A DNA stretch of 24,150 nt from NCBI GenBank assembly GCA_038851565.1, contig JAWCKV010000011.1:1-24150 (forward strand). The letters run 5' to 3'. A program made the position numbers and the translations under genes. Under the pieces are notes generated by a model. That model had not been told where the DNA came from. It did not search any database and was given only the letters and a program-made list of their open reading frames with translations. Position 1 is the first letter of the stretch. Every line of letters begins with the position of its first letter. Source of the stretch: Candidatus Hadarchaeales archaeon. GTDB taxonomy: Archaea; Hadarchaeota; Hadarchaeia; Hadarchaeales; Hadarchaeaceae. Shown in pieces: positions 1 to 8,503 of the stretch.

Positions 1-1968
1 AGGTTGGACTACTTTCTCACGCTTCCGAAGGGAAAGCGCATGGAGAGCATAGATGAGCTCCTCGGGATAAACAGGCTGGACGCCGCCAGGAAGGGGATAG
101 GGTCGATGATCGCGAGGATGAGGGACAGGGCCGCCGAGTGCGTGGAGAACGCGAGGAGGTACATGGAGGACAGGGATGTGAGGGAGATGGGCCAGGTGGA
201 GGGGGAGATCTCCTCCCTGGAGAGAGAGCTGGAGGAGGTGAGGAGGAGGCTGGATGGCATCCAGCCGGAGCTGGACCTCCTCAGCAGGAGGATGAGTGAG
301 CTGACAGCCCTGGAGCGGGAGATGCGTGAGGCGGAGAGGGCAGTGGGAGAGCTGCACGGCAGGATTGAATCGCTCACGCATCAGATGAGAAGCATGGAGG
401 AGAAGCTGGGACCGGCAGGCCTGCTCGGACTTGATGAAATAGAGGAGAGGGAAAGGTCTGCAGGTGAGAGGTACAGATTGGCGGTTGGGCAGGTTGAGGA
501 GCTGAACACCAGGCTCACGGCTGGGCTCTCAAGGTTAAGCCAGCTCGAGGCCGAGAGATCAATGCTCACCAAGTCGCTCGGAGAACTCAGATCCAAGCTC
601 ACCAAAAGAAAGGAGGAACTGGAGGAGCTGAGGCGCCTCTCACCCGACGGCATCAGGGCGGAGATGGAGCGCCTGATGTCCCTTGTGCAGAGGACAGAGG
701 CCGAGCTGGCGGAGGGCCGCGCGAGGGCTGAGCTCATTGAGAGGTCGCTGGAGGAGCTCAGAGGGGCTGGGGCAATATGTCCGGTCTGCGAAAGCCCGCT
801 TGAGGAGAGAAGGAAGCGGGAGCTGATGGTCATTAGGGAGAAGGAACTGGAGGGCCTTGGTGGAAGGGTCGCCAGAGCTGAGGGTGAACTCAGGAAACTC
901 AGGGAGAACATCGAAAGGAGGCAGAGAGATCTGGAGGTCTGTGCCCTGATGACAAAGGAAGTCGGGGAAATTCCGCACCTGGAGAGGGAGGTAGAGGTCC
1001 TGAGTTCCAGGCTGGGCGAAGTGGAGAAAGAGCGCGCAGGACTCTCCCGCGAGGTTGAGGGCCTGAAGTCAGCCATACAGCGCAGCAGGGCAGAGGCAGA
1101 TGCGCTCAACGCGGAGCTGTCTGAGGCCAGAAGGATTCTCCTCTTCCGGAGGGAGCACGAGAGGATGGCGGGCGAGCGGAAAAAGCTGATGGAGGAGTGG
1201 AGGAAGGCATCTGAGCGTTTCGAGGGACTGCGGGCCAGGCATGACGAGGGAGAGATGGCTGAAGTCAGAAGGAAGTGGGAGGAGCTCTTTGCGGCGCAGA
1301 GGGGGCTTCAGGTCGAGCTTTCCGGCAGGGAGGGAATTCTGCGCGAGAAGAGGAGGATACTGGAGGGCGCGAGGGAGAAGGTGAGGATGGCAAAGGAGCA
1401 CGAGCTCAGGGCCAATCACCTCGAGAGGGCGGTCGAGGCCCTCTCGTGCGTTCAGGCCGCGATGTCAAGAACTCAGGCCAGCCTCAGGAGGATGTTCGTT
1501 GATGGGGTGAACGATGTGATGGGGGATCTCTGGGAGAGCATATACCCCTACGGTGACTTTGTCGGAATACAGCTGTCGGTGACAGGTGAGGGTAAGACAG
1601 GAGACTATGTGCTGATGCTCAGGGACAGGAATGGGAACTGGATCCCAGTGGAGGGAATGGTGAGCGGGGGTGAGAGGACAGATGCCTGCCTGGCGCTGAG
1701 GATCGCCTTCTCCATAGTGCTGGCTCCCAGCCTGAAGTGGATCGTCTTCGATGAGCCCACCCACAACCTAGATCAGGACGCGATTCAGGAGCTCGCCAAG
1801 GTACTCAGGGAGAGGATGCCGGATGTCGTGAGGCAGGTCCTCCTCATAACACATGAGGAAAGGCTGGAGAGCGCGGTCAGCGGTTACCTCTACAGGTTCC
1901 ACAGGAACAAGGACGCGGACGAGCCAACAGGGGTGGAGCAGGTCACAGCCCCCTCGTTAACCGGGTGA
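1..1968 (+). CDS. rad50: DNA double-strand break repair ATPase Rad50 (5'-truncated by the window edge)
   Basis: Long heptad coiled coil with central zinc-hook CPVC (778-789). C-terminal ABC half has signature VSGGE, Walker B IVFDEPT and H-loop LITHE. Frame is open from base 1 and Walker A lies outside the window. Confidence 0.93.
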   Translation, partial: RLDYFLTLPKGKRMESIDELLGINRLDAARKGIGSMIARMRDRAAECVENARRYMEDRDVREMGQVEGEISSLERELEEVRRRLDGIQPELDLLSRRMSELTALEREMREAERAVGELHGRIESLTHQMRSMEEKLGPAGLLGLDEIEERERSAGERYRLAVGQVEELNTRLTAGLSRLSQLEAERSMLTKSLGELRSKLTKRKEELEELRRLSPDGIRAEMERLMSLVQRTEAELAEGRARAELIERSLEELRGAGAICPVCESPLEERRKRELMVIREKELEGLGGRVARAEGELRKLRENIERRQRDLEVCALMTKEVGEIPHLEREVEVLSSRLGEVEKERAGLSREVEGLKSAIQRSRAEADALNAELSEARRILLFRREHERMAGERKKLMEEWRKASERFEGLRARHDEGEMAEVRRKWEELFAAQRGLQVELSGREGILREKRRILEGAREKVRMAKEHELRANHLERAVEALSCVQAAMSRTQASLRRMFVDGVNDVMGDLWESIYPYGDFVGIQLSVTGEGKTGDYVLMLRDRNGNWIPVEGMVSGGERTDACLALRIAFSIVLAPSLKWIVFDEPTHNLDQDAIQELAKVLRERMPDVVRQVLLITHEERLESAVSGYLYRFHRNKDADEPTGVEQVTAPSLTG

Positions 1969-1972
1969 AACT

Positions 1973-2530
1973 TTGGCGCATCTTGAGCTCTCCTGCGTGA
2001 AAAACCGTGCTGAGATCGTGGGGCGAGGGCTTCACAGGTGCGTCCTGCGTTCGGGCAGCGTGGCGATCAAGATTCACCTCCCTCAGGGAAAGAAAGCAGA
2101 GCTGCTCAGGAGGGCCCGAGAGGTAGATGAGCGAAACAGGGAGCTGAGGAAGAAGGTCGACTTTCTTCCGGAATATTATGGAACGGTCATCACCGGCATG
2201 AAAAGGGGAGGAATCACAGTTCCGGTGATTGCAACCTTTCATGAGTATGTGGAACCGATACGGTCCGTCTCGCTCGGGATACTGAGGGAGGTCCTAAGGT
2301 TAATTGCCAGGGCAGGAGACATGGGCTATCTGCTGGACATGAAACCATCTAACTTCGGATGGAAGGACGGGAAGGTGCTGTACCTTGATGAGTATGGGAT
2401 AGGCAGGGAGCCGATACCGCCGGATGTTATGGAGGACCTGGTTTCGCTGGTGGATGAGTTCATGAGGAGAATGCGCCTGATGAGGGCTGGAAGAACACGC
2501 CGGAACAGCACAAATTATTTAAATACATGA
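1973..2530 (+). CDS. Small protein-kinase-like (PKL fold) protein, 185 aa
   Basis: TTG start 4 nt after the rad50 stop, preceded by GGGTGA. Motifs in order: GRGLHRCV (Gly loop), VAIK (beta3 Lys), HEYVE (hinge), DMKPSNFG (catalytic DxKxxN) and LDEYG (DFG-equivalent). Confidence 0.72.
   Translation: MAHLELSCVKNRAEIVGRGLHRCVLRSGSVAIKIHLPQGKKAELLRRAREVDERNRELRKKVDFLPEYYGTVITGMKRGGITVPVIATFHEYVEPIRSVSLGILREVLRLIARAGDMGYLLDMKPSNFGWKDGKVLYLDEYGIGREPIPPDVMEDLVSLVDEFMRRMRLMRAGRTRRNSTNYLNT
2518..2525 (+). promoter_or_regulatory. Putative archaeal TATA box (TTTAAATA) for the downstream membrane-protein gene
   Basis: AT-rich island AATTATTTAAATA in GC-rich DNA, about 30 nt upstream of an in-frame TTG at 2556. 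Confidence 0.5.
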
Positions 2531-2531
2531 A

Positions 2532-2828
2532 ATGAGGTCTTCCAGAGGTGTTGAGTTGGGAGCATCAAGGGCGCTCGGTGCGCTTATCTGCGTGGTGACT
2601 CTCGTCGTGGCCGTTCTCCACATATGGTATGGATATATTGGGGATCTGAGCAACATCGGCCAGGTCTATAACAGGCCGGGGCTTGCGTTCGCCCTGCCGA
2701 TAACGGTTGGTTTGCTGGCGGTTTGTGCAGTAGGGTTCTGGCTCGGCTGGATAATGGCCACAACGAAGGAGGCCTCTCCACCTCCTCCTGTCACCGAAAA
2801 GAAAGAAGAGAAAAAAGAGGAGAAATAG
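2532..2828 (+). CDS. Small archaeal membrane protein (2 TM, Pro-rich then Lys/Glu-rich tail); true start may be TTG at 2556
   Basis: Two hydrophobic helices, WLGWIMATT followed by PPPP and a charged tail. From memory this resembles a conserved archaeal 2-TM family. Confidence 0.75.
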   Translation: MRSSRGVELGASRALGALICVVTLVVAVLHIWYGYIGDLSNIGQVYNRPGLAFALPITVGLLAVCAVGFWLGWIMATTKEASPPPPVTEKKEEKKEEK

Positions 2829-2861
2829 CCCAGAGGCTTTTAACCTCGGCGGATATCTATA

Positions 2862-5363
2862 TTGGGTGAGCGGTTGAACTACCGGCGGTGGCTCATCGTC
2901 GGCTACATACTGGTCCTGATGGGGGTTTCGGCCTCCATCCTTCTGGTTCCCGGAGAGAAGTACCAGACGCTCACAACTTCCGACAGCGGCTGGATATACA
3001 TCAGCGCATGTGAGATAGAGGAGCTGAACGGACTTCCGGAGAACAACCCGATATCCCATGCGCCGTATGGATTGCCCTTCGAACGGGAACAGCTGCAGCC
3101 CCTGGCAGCCGTGATGCTCTACCGGGCGGTCGGCTCTGCGGTCCCCGGGACAGGGCTGATGGACATCGTAAGGTACTGGGCCCCCCTGATTTTCGCTCTC
3201 TCTCTGATCCCCATCTTCCTGATCGGGAGGGAGCTGGGCGGCGACGTGGCGGGGGCAGCCGCAGCGTTCTTCGCCACATTCATGATCTCAACGATCTACT
3301 GGAACAAGGTCGGAGCCTTTGACAGGGAGCCCATTCAGCTGATTTTGGGATCCTGGGCCATGCTCTTCCTAATAAAGACCTTCAAGGCCGAGAGGAGGGA
3401 TGTGCTCAGGTTTGCCCTCCTGTCGGGAATGGCGCTGGGGCTCTACGCCCTTGCGTGGACCGGATGGCATCATCTGCTTGCGGTGGCCATGCTGGGCCTG
3501 CTCGTTGTGCTGGTGCACGAGTTCCTCGTAAAGTTCATACCAAGACCGAAGGATTTCTCGGGGACTATCGTCAGGGCGATAAGGAACCATCTGGACGTCG
3601 TGATCGCGTTTGTCTGCATGGGGGCGGTGATAACCGCGGTTGGAGGCGCCTTTCTCGGAAGGGGCGTGGAGCTCTGGACCGGGGCGATTGGCACGTATCT
3701 GGGCTATTTCGGCATAGGCGGGGGTGGAGGGGTGTCGTTCCCGAGATATGCCGGGGAGGCCCAGGCGCCGAGTTCCCTCTTTCAGACGGCAGGGGACTTC
3801 TATCAGAACCAGGCAATAACTGCTTTCGTGTTCTTCTTCATAGTTCTCGCCATCCTCAAGTTCATCTGGACGAGAAAACGGTGGGAGCTCCTCGTCCTCT
3901 CGTGGCTCATCGTTCTGACGGCAATGGTATGGCCGAATGTTGGGCAGGCCAGATTCGAGAGGCTCGGGTGGGCCTTCGTGGCGGTAATGGGGGGCGTCGG
4001 CGTCTCCGTTTTGGTCCCCATTTTGCGGCGGTTCTGGGGAGACCAGCTTTCGTCTCACATGAGGAGGCTGCTCAATCCACTGGCCGCAGTAGTCCTCATC
4101 CTCATCGTCGCGCTTCCCTTCTGGTCGAATGCCTACTACTATGCCGGGAGAACAACTCCTCCCACGGAGTGGAGGTTCGTGGGGCTTGACGCTGGATTCA
4201 ACGACGCGTTCGCGTGGATAAGGGAGAACACGCCGGAAGACTCGATCTTTGCGGTGGAATGGTCTTTCGGGCATCTTCTCGGAGGCGCCACGCACAGGAG
4301 AACAGTGTGCGACGGCGCTGAGGTCCTGAGGGAGGAGGGAACCTGGGAAAACGATCCGTCGGGGCCGCATCCGCCGGACTACATATACTACGTGGATGGA
4401 AATACCGCAAGGATCTACGGGATAAACGCTTCCAGGAGGTCGTATGCGGTAAACGGAAGGAGGACGGATGTGCAGTGGATGCCGTATATGGACCCGGATG
4501 AGTTCAGGTGGCTTCTCAGGGCATACTCCGAGAACTACGGGGTGAGGGTCGATTACGTTGTCTTCACATATGAGCAGTACTACGAGTCGTACGATTACTA
4601 CAACAACATTCAGCCGGTGAACATGCTTCTAGGCGCGAACAGGATAAAGGCACCAAACCAGCTGAGGCCCACCATGCAGGAGAACAACCTCTACAGGTTT
4701 GATTTCGGGGAGAACAGGGAGTATGTGATGCTTGACATGACCTTCCAGAAGGTATATCTGAGGACAGGTGGGGAGAACCTGATGATGGACGGATATGCGC
4801 TGATAGTACTTGACAATTCTGGCAGGATCTCAAGCTACGGCGGGTTTTCGTTTCCGTCAGCATCTGCGGAGGTCCCTGAGACCCTCCTGGTGTTCCTGGA
4901 TCAGTCGGGAAACGTGGTCACTGCCTGGCTCATAGAGGGATGCTCCGCCAGGGTCCACGGGCGTCCGGTGCCGGTTGGGCTGAGGGCCTTCATGGAACAG
5001 ATAGACGTAATGGAATACGTGAGGATCGCATATACGAGCCAGAACGGTTATGTCAAGGTGTTCGAGATAAACCATTCGCCAAGGCTTCTCTCCCCATCAG
5101 ATGGTTCAACCGTCTCAGACAACAGGCCCAGGCTCGAGTGGGTGGGGGCGCTGAGTGCCACAAATTACAGGGTGCTAGTCGATGAAGATGGGGACTTCTC
5201 CTCACCCCTGGTCTCTGAGGAGGTATCGGGTAAGGCGTGGATTACTGTTCCTCGGGAGCTGGAGCCGGGGACATATCACTGGAAGGTTGTGGCAGTCGAT
5301 GATCGGGGGATCGAGACCGAAAGTCAGGCCTGGAGATTCACTGTTTCGTCGGGAGGAGAGTAG
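2862..5363 (+). CDS. aglB: AglB/STT3-family (GT-C) oligosaccharyltransferase-like protein, divergent, with C-terminal FN3/Ig-like domain
   Basis: Multi-TM N-terminal region with HAPYG, P-I-F-L-I-G-R-E-L, GAFDRE (DxE), AGEAQ (TIXE-like) and QARF. Soluble domain WIRENTPEDS-x4-EWSFGH...RRTVCDG lies at the WWDYG position, followed by YVKVFE. TTG start. Confidence 0.8.
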   Translation: MGERLNYRRWLIVGYILVLMGVSASILLVPGEKYQTLTTSDSGWIYISACEIEELNGLPENNPISHAPYGLPFEREQLQPLAAVMLYRAVGSAVPGTGLMDIVRYWAPLIFALSLIPIFLIGRELGGDVAGAAAAFFATFMISTIYWNKVGAFDREPIQLILGSWAMLFLIKTFKAERRDVLRFALLSGMALGLYALAWTGWHHLLAVAMLGLLVVLVHEFLVKFIPRPKDFSGTIVRAIRNHLDVVIAFVCMGAVITAVGGAFLGRGVELWTGAIGTYLGYFGIGGGGGVSFPRYAGEAQAPSSLFQTAGDFYQNQAITAFVFFFIVLAILKFIWTRKRWELLVLSWLIVLTAMVWPNVGQARFERLGWAFVAVMGGVGVSVLVPILRRFWGDQLSSHMRRLLNPLAAVVLILIVALPFWSNAYYYAGRTTPPTEWRFVGLDAGFNDAFAWIRENTPEDSIFAVEWSFGHLLGGATHRRTVCDGAEVLREEGTWENDPSGPHPPDYIYYVDGNTARIYGINASRRSYAVNGRRTDVQWMPYMDPDEFRWLLRAYSENYGVRVDYVVFTYEQYYESYDYYNNIQPVNMLLGANRIKAPNQLRPTMQENNLYRFDFGENREYVMLDMTFQKVYLRTGGENLMMDGYALIVLDNSGRISSYGGFSFPSASAEVPETLLVFLDQSGNVVTAWLIEGCSARVHGRPVPVGLRAFMEQIDVMEYVRIAYTSQNGYVKVFEINHSPRLLSPSDGSTVSDNRPRLEWVGALSATNYRVLVDEDGDFSSPLVSEEVSGKAWITVPRELEPGTYHWKVVAVDDRGIETESQAWRFTVSSGGE

Positions 5364-6626
5364 GTGCAGACGCCAAGGGGCACAAGGGATCTATTCGGAC
5401 AGGACATACTCGCAGTCAGGAGGACGATGGAGGCGATGCGCACGGTTTTTGAGAGGTACGGATATGAAGAGGTTGAGACACCTGTCTTTGAACATGTGGA
5501 GCTGTTCACCAAAAAGAGCGGCAGCAGCATAGTGAAACAGCTCTATACCTTTGTCGATAAGTCGGGAAGGGAGATGGCCCTCAGGCCCGAGCTAACTGCC
5601 CCTGTGGTGAGGCTTTATATCCAAAAGCTCAGGTCCGCGCCCAAGCCGCTGAAGCTCTTCTACTTCGGCAGCTGCTTCAGGTACGAGGAGCCGCAGGCCA
5701 ACAGGTGGAGGCAGTTCACACAGGCAGGTGTGGAGATCATCGGAAGCAGGCGCCCGGAGGCTGATGCCGAAGTTGCGGCGCTCGCCTGCGAGGCCATAAG
5801 GTCCCTTGGCATAAAGTTCAAGATAGCCCTTGGGAACGTCAAGGTGCTCAGGGAAGTGCTGGAGGGTGCGGGCATCACAGGTGACTCTCAGGATCCTGTG
5901 CTGAGGGCAGTGGACTCAGGGGAGAGGGAGAGGATGATCAGCGAGCTGAGGACGAGGGGCATCAAAAAGGAGCACATAGACCTGATACTGGACATCTCAT
6001 CCGTCAGGGGACCTCCTGAGGTGGTCGACGACGCTAGGGCGCTGGTGAGGGATAATCGCCCCGCACTGGAAGCTCTAGACGACCTCGTCCGGATAATGGA
6101 CAGGTTGAGGGACAGCGGGGAGGATAAATTTGAGGTGAACCTTGGCATAGCTAGGGGGCTGGAGTACTACACTGGCTTTGTGTTTGAGATACACTCGGGA
6201 GGCGTTCAGCTGGCCGGGGGGGGAAGGTACGATGATCTCATCGAGACCCTAGGAGGAGAGCCCACCCCTGCGGTCGGTGTGGGATTCGGAGTAGATAGAA
6301 TCGCGAGGGCATACATGGAAGCCGAGGGCTCCGGGCTCAGGCAGACGCCTCCAGTGCTCGTGGTCCCCGCTGATGGGGAGCGCCTCCCCCTGGCCCTGAG
6401 GATAGCCTCGGACCTCAGAAGGGCGGGAATCAAGGCCACGCCGGAGCTCATGGGGAGAAACCTCTCCAAGGCCATGAGCTATGCGAGCTCAATAGGCTCA
6501 AAATTCGTTGTGATAGTCGGGAAGAGGGAAGCAGAGAAAGGAGAGGTGACGTTGAGGGACATGGAGACAGGGAAGCAGCGCAACATTTCCGTGGAAGACC
6601 TAAGGAAAGAACTCGCACGGTGCTAA
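5364..6626 (+). CDS. hisS: Histidine--tRNA ligase
   Basis: PRGTRD, LRPELTAP, FRYEEPQ..R.RQFTQ, ARGLEYYTG, GGGRYD and a C-terminal anticodon domain. GTG start abuts the aglB stop. Confidence 0.97.
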   Translation: MQTPRGTRDLFGQDILAVRRTMEAMRTVFERYGYEEVETPVFEHVELFTKKSGSSIVKQLYTFVDKSGREMALRPELTAPVVRLYIQKLRSAPKPLKLFYFGSCFRYEEPQANRWRQFTQAGVEIIGSRRPEADAEVAALACEAIRSLGIKFKIALGNVKVLREVLEGAGITGDSQDPVLRAVDSGERERMISELRTRGIKKEHIDLILDISSVRGPPEVVDDARALVRDNRPALEALDDLVRIMDRLRDSGEDKFEVNLGIARGLEYYTGFVFEIHSGGVQLAGGGRYDDLIETLGGEPTPAVGVGFGVDRIARAYMEAEGSGLRQTPPVLVVPADGERLPLALRIASDLRRAGIKATPELMGRNLSKAMSYASSIGSKFVVIVGKREAEKGEVTLRDMETGKQRNISVEDLRKELARC

Positions 6627-7456
6627 AACCTGTATCCGAGCCCCTCGAATATCTTCTTCATCCTGAGCGAGTCCTGTTCCAGCACGGGTGATTCGGATAT
6701 AAGCGTGATGTTCATCTTCCTTCTCACTATTTCCTCGGCGAGGGGCCTGAAGGGAGGCGCATCGAATTCAATTGGCAGGTGCCGTTTCTCATTTCCCTGT
6801 CCCTCAACCTTTGCGGGCGTCCACTCCATGGACGTGAAGTGGCAGTGCAGATGCTTGAGTCCCAGCGGTCTCACCTTGCTGAAGATCTCCCGGTAGTCTA
6901 TCCTGCCACCCTGCCTGGCCCATATATGGGCGAAGTCTATGACCGGCTCGCAGCCATCGATCTCCCTGGAGACCGCGACGTTCTCCTCCAGCGTGCCGAA
7001 GGCGCTCACCTTGCCCGTGGTTTCGAGCCCGAGCGACACGTTCTTTATCCCGGCCCTCTCCATCCTCCCCAGAATATCCGCGCAGGCGTCCTTCACAGCC
7101 GTGAGCGCGTCCTCCGGGGCGAGGCCTCCGTAATAGCCCGGGTGAAAAACCACGACATTCGCACCCATTCGGTGGGCCCGCTCTGCTGAATCGAGGATCC
7201 TCTTCTTCGATGCCTCTAGCTTCTTCTTGTCCGGGGTGCAGAGGTTTATGAAATAGGGGCAGTGCACCGAGAGCCTCACCCCAAGCTTCCCTGCCACCCT
7301 CCCCACCTCATCGGCCGTCTGGTTGCTCATCGCCACGCCACGAACGAACTCCACCTCCATGGCGTTCAGGCCCAGCTCAGCCACCCTCTTTACCCCCCCT
7401 GTGGTCCCCTTCTCCTTGGTGCTCAGCGGGATTCCGGCGGGTCCAAGAAATATCAT
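6623..7456 (-). CDS. nfo: Endonuclease IV (archaeal-type AP endonuclease, TIM barrel)
   Basis: Start MIFLGPAG at ATG 7456. Metal motifs SVHCPYFINL, VFHPG, LETTGK, IDFAH, HCHF, EKRH and ISESP. Confidence 0.9.
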   Translation of the reverse strand: MIFLGPAGIPLSTKEKGTTGGVKRVAELGLNAMEVEFVRGVAMSNQTADEVGRVAGKLGVRLSVHCPYFINLCTPDKKKLEASKKRILDSAERAHRMGANVVVFHPGYYGGLAPEDALTAVKDACADILGRMERAGIKNVSLGLETTGKVSAFGTLEENVAVSREIDGCEPVIDFAHIWARQGGRIDYREIFSKVRPLGLKHLHCHFTSMEWTPAKVEGQGNEKRHLPIEFDAPPFRPLAEEIVRRKMNITLISESPVLEQDSLRMKKIFEGLGYRF

Positions 7457-7507
7457 GCGCCACCAAAGTGATTTATGGTCCAGCACAAAAAACCCTTTGG
7501 GAGTGGA

Positions 7508-8101
7508 TTGCTGAATCGCCTGAGGAAGCGCGCTGCAAGGCTGACGGATCCGGTCGGCAGGGCGATATCCCGTTCCGGTGTTGGCCCCAACGTCGTGACG
7601 TGTGTGGGGCTCATCTTCGGGATATCATCGGCCGCCATGTTCGGCCTTGGAAACCAGCCTCTGGCCGGACTCATGCTCCTCGTTGGAGGGGTTTTTGACA
7701 TGCTGGACGGGGCGGTTGCAAGGGCTTCCGGAAGGGAAACGAGGTTCGGAGGATTCCTGGACTCCACAGTAGACCGGTATGTGGATCTCCTCCTTTTCTC
7801 CGGCATAATCATGGGTTTCATCACCGGCACGATACAGGAGGCGGCCTTCATGAGGGGCTGGGGCTGGGCATGGGGACTGGCAGCGCTCTCCGGGAGCTTC
7901 ATGGTGAGCTACGTCAGGGCAAGGGCTGAGTCGGCGGGCAGCGGCAGGATGGACGTTGGGCTGATGGAGCGCGCGGAGAGGCTCATGGTTCTGGGCATAG
8001 GTGCTCTGCTGTGTGCAACGGACTATGCGGTATTGCTGGTCGCGATCCTGTCACACCTTACGGTGATTCAGAGGATCATCGAGGCAAGAAGAAGGCTATG
8101 A
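7508..8101 (+). CDS. CDP-alcohol phosphatidyltransferase, probable archaetidylinositol-phosphate synthase
   Basis: Family motif DMLDGAVAR-x8-GGFLDSTVD, plus PNVVT, SYVRARAE and GLMERAER. Located next to ino1. Start uncertain: TTG 7508 chosen, and the ORF is open from 7475. Confidence 0.85.
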   Translation: MLNRLRKRAARLTDPVGRAISRSGVGPNVVTCVGLIFGISSAAMFGLGNQPLAGLMLLVGGVFDMLDGAVARASGRETRFGGFLDSTVDRYVDLLLFSGIIMGFITGTIQEAAFMRGWGWAWGLAALSGSFMVSYVRARAESAGSGRMDVGLMERAERLMVLGIGALLCATDYAVLLVAILSHLTVIQRIIEARRRL

Positions 8102-8410
8102 GAGAAGATTCTGGGCCATCTCCTTTATGTACTTCAGGCCCTCCTCCAGGAGCTCCTCCCCCTTCTTTGTGATCTTGTAGTACTTTCTCGCCGGGCGCCC
8201 CCTCTGGTCCTTCCACTCCATCGTTATGTATCCCTTCCTCTGCAGGTTATACAGAACGACGTAGGAGGTCACTGTGGCGGGTTTCCACCCGAACCTCTTC
8301 TTCACCTCCTGCTGGAGTTCGTACGCATACATGGGCCTCTCCTTAAGCAGCTTGAGGAAGTATGGCCAGAGCATCTCAGATGTGGTCTTCTTCTTGAGCC
8401 TGGCGACCAT
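8096..8410 (-). CDS. PadR-family winged-helix transcriptional regulator
   Basis: [27 protein letters not shown] and [10 protein letters not shown] match the PadR wHTH signature. ATG at 8410. Confidence 0.9.
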   Translation of the reverse strand: MVARLKKKTTSEMLWPYFLKLLKERPMYAYELQQEVKKRFGWKPATVTSYVVLYNLQRKGYITMEWKDQRGRPARKYYKITKKGEELLEEGLKYIKEMAQNLLS

Positions 8411-8440
8411 GTTCAATCCCTACCCCACTCGTCCGGAAGC

Positions 8441-8448
8441 TTTATATA
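8441..8448. promoter_or_regulatory. TATA box (TTTATATA / TATATAAA) in the divergent padR-ino1 intergenic region
   Basis: Consensus-like on both strands, about 30 nt from the padR ATG and about 55 nt from the ino1 ATG. Confidence 0.6.
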
Positions 8449-8462
8449 CTTTATTAGAAGAA

Positions 8463-8483
8463 ATATTTCAAAGTGTGAAATAT
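8463..8483. promoter_or_regulatory. Putative PadR operator: perfect inverted repeat ATATTTCA-N5-TGAAATAT
   Basis: 8-bp perfect dyad between the TATA box and the ino1 start codon. Confidence 0.6.
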
Positions 8484-8503
8484 CAGAAACGGAGATATCT
8501 CAC

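Noticed and set aside
100..1450. GAG/AGG-rich quasi-repetitive DNA
   Set aside because: Explained by the Glu/Arg/Leu coiled-coil codons of Rad50; not a tandem repeat or CRISPR array.
7508..8101. Di-myo-inositol-phosphate synthase (DIPPS) call for the CDP-alcohol transferase
   Set aside because: No inositol-phosphate cytidylyltransferase domain or gene is present in the window, so a lipid synthase is more parsimonious, though DIPPS is not excluded.
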